Source: Bacteroidota bacterium (GTDB lineage: Bacteria; Bacteroidota; Bacteroidia; Bacteroidales; UBA4417). Taken from it: 38,693 nucleotides of DNA. The notes under the pieces are model-generated. The model saw nothing but the letters and a program-made list of their open reading frames with translations. It had not been told where the DNA came from and searched no databases. Made by a program: the position numbers and the translations under genes. Below are positions 35,295 through 38,693 of the stretch, piece after piece. The stretch is from positions 1-38,693 of the forward strand of contig JAIFMH010000034.1 of the NCBI GenBank assembly GCA_020048595.1. Reading direction: 5' to 3'. How positions within the stretch are numbered: the first letter of the stretch is position 1; each line of letters starts with the position of its first letter.

Positions 35295-35384
35295 TAAGAC
35301 GACTAAATTGAGTGGCACACATATCCCAAAAAATTATTTTTGCTGCAGGAATTTTAATAAAGGTAGTTTAATACCTTATCTTAG
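35295..35384 (-). promoter_or_regulatory. Conserved ~90-nt element copy R2 (orphan copy of R1) in the 870-bp non-coding region
   Basis: See R1. The conserved blocks TAAGACGAC and CACACATAT (+ strand) have the same spacing. Similarity runs up to a TAA that corresponds to the sigma stop codon in R1. Confidence 0.4.
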
Positions 35385-35759
35385 TTGATTAAAATGCAGG
35401 AGAGCCGTAATCTTGATAATCATACAGCTTTTTTCCCAATAAAGAAACGCAGCGAGACAAAAGAAGGAGCTCAAAAGGCTGCTTCTTCCTTTGTAATATT
35501 ATTAAAACTCTGAACCAAGAAAAAGTCTATTCTAACTAAACAAACCGCCCAGATTACTTTTTTAATTGGTTAACGATTTGATAATTAATTGATAATCAGT
35601 AGAAATTTAATTTCAAAAAAACCATTCAAAACATTCTTACCATTTGATTGGATTATCTAAAATTAGATCTTAATTAATTTAAGACTTAGGAATTAATTTA
35701 CTAAATTATGAACTATATTTACAGAAATTAATAATAATTCTTAATTATGTGTTAATATT

Positions 35760-36614
35760 ATGGATGTTACATTTGAAAAACTTATAGTTGACGAACATGG
35801 CGTCTTTCATTATCAGGAATTTAAGCAGCCACGCTTTACATCACCTTTTCATCTTCATGATGAATTTGAGATTATTTTAATCGTTAAAAGTCATGGCAAA
35901 CTTTACGTAGGGTCAAATGTTACCAATTTCAATGATGGAGATTTGTACTTTTTCGCTTGCGGACTGCCCCATTGTTTCTATAATACACATGGTTACGAAA
36001 AAGGAAATGAAATGGCCCATGCTATTACAATATTTTTTAAGAAAGACTTTCTTGGAAATGATTTTTTTGAGAAAACTGAAAGTACTATACTTAATAAATT
36101 TATAAAAAAATCAGAAAGAGGCATTCAAATTATTCATCCTTCACAGTCTCTTATTGAAAGGATATTTAATTTATCTCGAAAGACAAATCTTGAAAAAGTC
36201 TCCGATTTATTATTGATTTTAAATGAGTTATCAATTACTAAGAATGCTAAAGTGCTTAGTATTGGCGATATGTTTTCATCTTCAAGTATGGTGGATTCCA
36301 GGATTATAAATGATGTATTCAATTATGTTGCTGGAAACTTCCAGCAGGAAATTAGTTTAATGGAAGCTGCCTCAAGAGCCAATATGCAGAAATCCGCATT
36401 TTGCAGGTATTTCAAGCGAAAAACGAAAAAAACATTTACACATTTCGTAAACGAAACCCGGATCATGCATGCACAAAAACTGCTCGCTGAAACAGATAAA
36501 ACAATTATTGAGATAGCTTTTGACTGCGGGTACCTGAATACTTCATATTTTAATCGTCAGTTCCGACTTTTCTGTAAAGTATCACCTATGACATTCAGGG
36601 CAATAGTAAAATAA
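35760..36614 (+). CDS. AraC-family transcriptional regulator (cupin sensor plus C-terminal HTH)
   Basis: N-terminal cupin-like FHLHDEFEIILIV...GDLYFFACGLPH and a C-terminal AraC HTH (FCRYFKRKTKKTFTHFVNETRIMHAQKLL...IAFDCGYLNTSYFNRQF). It is the only convincing + strand gene. Confidence 0.9.
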   Translation: MDVTFEKLIVDEHGVFHYQEFKQPRFTSPFHLHDEFEIILIVKSHGKLYVGSNVTNFNDGDLYFFACGLPHCFYNTHGYEKGNEMAHAITIFFKKDFLGNDFFEKTESTILNKFIKKSERGIQIIHPSQSLIERIFNLSRKTNLEKVSDLLLILNELSITKNAKVLSIGDMFSSSSMVDSRIINDVFNYVAGNFQQEISLMEAASRANMQKSAFCRYFKRKTKKTFTHFVNETRIMHAQKLLAETDKTIIEIAFDCGYLNTSYFNRQFRLFCKVSPMTFRAIVK

Positions 36615-36615
36615 G

Positions 36616-36845
36616 CTACCAGAAATAATAATAAAAAATAATCACAAGAGCCACTACTCCTGCTGAAAAAATGACATCCCAATTATTCCAACTCTTGCGT
36701 GTTTCAGCGACTTGTTCAGGAGTTTGGGAGAAATAAGTAATTCCCTTTAGTTGCGTTTCGGTTGCTTTTGGTGTTATTTTGCGGTTAAATACTCCTAAAA
36801 TAAACACGGCCGCAATGCCCGGAGCAATAAGAGACTGTGATATTT
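36616..36845 (-). pseudogene. 3'-terminal remnant of a sodium:solute symporter gene (last TM helices only)
   Basis: In the frame of track ORF 36616..36807, extended upstream, the sequence reads SLIAPGIAAVFILGVFNRKITPKATETQLKGITYFSQTPEQVAETRKSWNNWDVIFSAGVVALVIIFYYYFW. This matches the characteristic C-terminus of Bacteroidota SGLT-type symporters. The homology starts right after the stop of 36846..38048, so ~90% of the gene is missing. Confidence 0.55.
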
Positions 36846-38048
36846 TTAAATGTGATAAATACAGCTTGAAGATAGGATTCTGGTAATTACTTTGCGATCA
36901 TCGGTCGAATGTAATCCACACAAATTGTTTAAAACATAAGGAAGGCCTCTTTTATAGAGTGTTTCCGAAAATTCTATATCACCCTGGAACATATTCCCTC
37001 TTTCGTCTTTAGCTCTGAAACAAAGACCATTAGTAAAAGTCCGCAATATTTTATCTACTGGCGATTTAGTTTGCATACCGTCAATAAACGGACTGAGAAT
37101 CCTGTCATTCCTGTGCAGTTTCCTTTTCAAATCGCAACCTACTCTGAAGACAGTATCACCTAAAGCACGGTTTTCAAAACGGAATAACAGGTCATCGGTA
37201 TGATCGGTAAGTTCTGCAAGGGTAAACTCATTAGGATATTTTCTCATTAGAACATTAGCACTCTGCAGCATGGCACTCCGGGTAAATTTTTTGACAGAAG
37301 AGATCTTCAATATGTCAGCTAGATAAATAACTGTAGGGGCAACCAGAAATCCGCTATATGCAGCAGCAGCATGGCCAAAATTATGAATGTGTGATTTACG
37401 GTCAACCCAGGCTTTAATATTGTCTTTGGGTGCAAGCCCTTTAACGTCAGGGATCGGATTTTTAAAAGCTTTTTTATCCAGTATCAATGTATTATATGGC
37501 TCTGCATATACAAGGAGTGGATCTTTTTCCTGCTCTTCTATTGGCATTATTGGCACCATTTTGCCAATACTTGTTTCAATAAGTCCCACAAGATCGTCTA
37601 ATGGATAGTCTTGATCCATAACCTTGCATAGCATATCCCGTACGTAAAGATTAGCGTCATGCATATTTTCAGCCAGAATGATATCTAATGGTTTTCTCCC
37701 AAATTTCTTATATCGTTGTGAAAGTCCCTTCGCTATTATGGGAATTACTTGTGGTAAAGCTCGCTGGCCCACTGAGATGGCTGTAATGTCACAGTCCGAT
37801 AGCTCTTCAGTCACCTTATCCGTATCAGTTCCCATAACACCCCTGACGTTGCGAACATAGATGATCTCATCGGCCTGTGAACTTTTAATTACAACCTTAT
37901 ACTCGTTTAAACGGTTCAGCTCTCTAATTACAGGCTCATAAACATCAACAAACACGACTTCATAATCCGACAGGGCAAATAACTGACCAATAAATGATCG
38001 TCCAATCTTACCTGCTCCAAAGAGTACAAGCTTCTTCATTATAAACAC
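36846..38048 (-). CDS. Mannitol dehydrogenase family protein (MtlD-like polyol-phosphate/polyol dehydrogenase)
   Basis: N-terminal Rossmann motif KLVLFGAGKIGRSFIGQLF, typical for mannitol-1-phosphate 5-dehydrogenase-like enzymes. Length ~400 aa. Confidence 0.75.
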   Translation of the reverse strand: MFIMKKLVLFGAGKIGRSFIGQLFALSDYEVVFVDVYEPVIRELNRLNEYKVVIKSSQADEIIYVRNVRGVMGTDTDKVTEELSDCDITAISVGQRALPQVIPIIAKGLSQRYKKFGRKPLDIILAENMHDANLYVRDMLCKVMDQDYPLDDLVGLIETSIGKMVPIMPIEEQEKDPLLVYAEPYNTLILDKKAFKNPIPDVKGLAPKDNIKAWVDRKSHIHNFGHAAAAYSGFLVAPTVIYLADILKISSVKKFTRSAMLQSANVLMRKYPNEFTLAELTDHTDDLLFRFENRALGDTVFRVGCDLKRKLHRNDRILSPFIDGMQTKSPVDKILRTFTNGLCFRAKDERGNMFQGDIEFSETLYKRGLPYVLNNLCGLHSTDDRKVITRILSSSCIYHI

Positions 38049-38057
38049 GGTTATTTA

Positions 38058-38693
38058 CTAAATATCATTTACTGAAACCTCTAAAACATTGGTTGTACTT
38101 TCACCTGGCTTTAACATGGGCAATCTATTTTCCTCCCGCAGTACATTACGTGATTTACAGAGAACATTACACGGTTCGATGCCAAGGACATATTCGCCGT
38201 AACCCATCATTTTCCACTCGCTTACATAGGGAAGTTGTCTGATGTTGAAATTGATGCTGACAGCAGTTCCAATCTTTTTATTTATTATGGTGACGCCAGT
38301 TTCTCCCTTATCGTTTCCTTTCATTGTATGAAAGAATACCTCTTCATTGTAAGATGGTTGAGGTTTGATAAAACTTCTGAATTCTTTAATACCGGGAACG
38401 GCATTCACATCATGAGGTACCGTATTCAAAGGATCAATTACCAGTTCAGTATCTTCCGATAACAATGGGTAACCGAAATTCATGTGGTACAGTATGGTAT
38501 ATGGACTTGGTTGGTTTCCGAAATTGGTTATCTTATCAGTTATACGAATCACATTTTCCCCGCTTATTGAAGCTATCTCCCGCTCCATTCTCATTTTTTT
38601 CCCAAACAAAAAACCCTCTTCAGCAATTCCCCTTACCTTATACTTATAATCATTGCCTTCCCAACCCGAGAGGTCGGCAAACTGCCTGACCGG
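38058..38693 (-). CDS. Aldose 1-epimerase-fold protein (DUF4432-like); N-terminus outside the window
   Basis: The frame stays open upstream of the track start to the window end (PVRQFADLSGWEGNDYKYKVRGIAEEGFLFGKKMRMEREI...). NQPSPYTILYHMNFGYPLL and GYGEYVLGIEPCN resemble galactose-mutarotase-like proteins. Confidence 0.65.
   Translation of the reverse strand, partial: PVRQFADLSGWEGNDYKYKVRGIAEEGFLFGKKMRMEREIASISGENVIRITDKITNFGNQPSPYTILYHMNFGYPLLSEDTELVIDPLNTVPHDVNAVPGIKEFRSFIKPQPSYNEEVFFHTMKGNDKGETGVTIINKKIGTAVSINFNIRQLPYVSEWKMMGYGEYVLGIEPCNVLCKSRNVLREENRLPMLKPGESTTNVLEVSVNDI

Noticed and set aside
1-38693. Search by eye for CRISPR arrays, tRNA/rRNA genes, transposases, integrases, and toxin-antitoxin or defence genes.
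   Set aside because: I saw no regularly spaced direct repeats, no cloverleaf-like or rRNA-like segments, and no ORF with recombinase, transposase or nuclease motifs. The absence of mobility genes is itself noted in the island finding.

Overview
The window reads as a Bacteroidota-type polysaccharide utilisation locus (PUL), almost entirely on the minus strand. The regulatory and uptake core is an ECF sigma, a FecR anti-sigma, a SusC with an STN signalling domain and a SusD (27976..34888). Downstream lie secreted glycan-active enzymes: a GH29 fucosidase, BNR/sialidase-fold proteins, a GH78-like rhamnosidase (open-ended at position 1 and absent from the ORF track), a six-hairpin lipoprotein and several unclassified families. 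Two cytoplasmic acid-sugar modules are also present. I found no rRNA, tRNA, CRISPR array, transposase or integrase.

Main observations:
1. Three visibly GC-rich coding bodies (about 9150-12135, 14272-16260 and 26060-27605) sit in an otherwise AT-rich locus. Each is fused in frame to an AT-rich host-type 5' end and signal peptide. At least two have 3' boundaries that cut through coding sequence.
2. Two of these otherwise unrelated GC-rich genes share a ~115-nt leader module (upstream box plus 27 signal-peptide codons) as an 11.3-kb-spaced direct repeat.
3. A tight operon (sialidase-fold protein, Fe-ADH, NanA/DapA-family lyase, PdxA-like dehydrogenase, DUF1537 kinase, SSS symporter) fits by carbon arithmetic a so far undescribed route. 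The route would take a 3-deoxy-2-heptulosaric acid (Dha-like) to pyruvate plus D-threonate and then DHAP.
4. A ~90-nt element with a GTCGTCTTA / ATATGTGTG core occurs twice. One copy lies between the sigma and anti-sigma genes. The other is orphan and is followed about 230 nt later by a canonical terminator.
5. Several gene fragments and frameshifts mark a heavily rearranged locus.

All family calls come from motif recognition by eye, and no database search was run.
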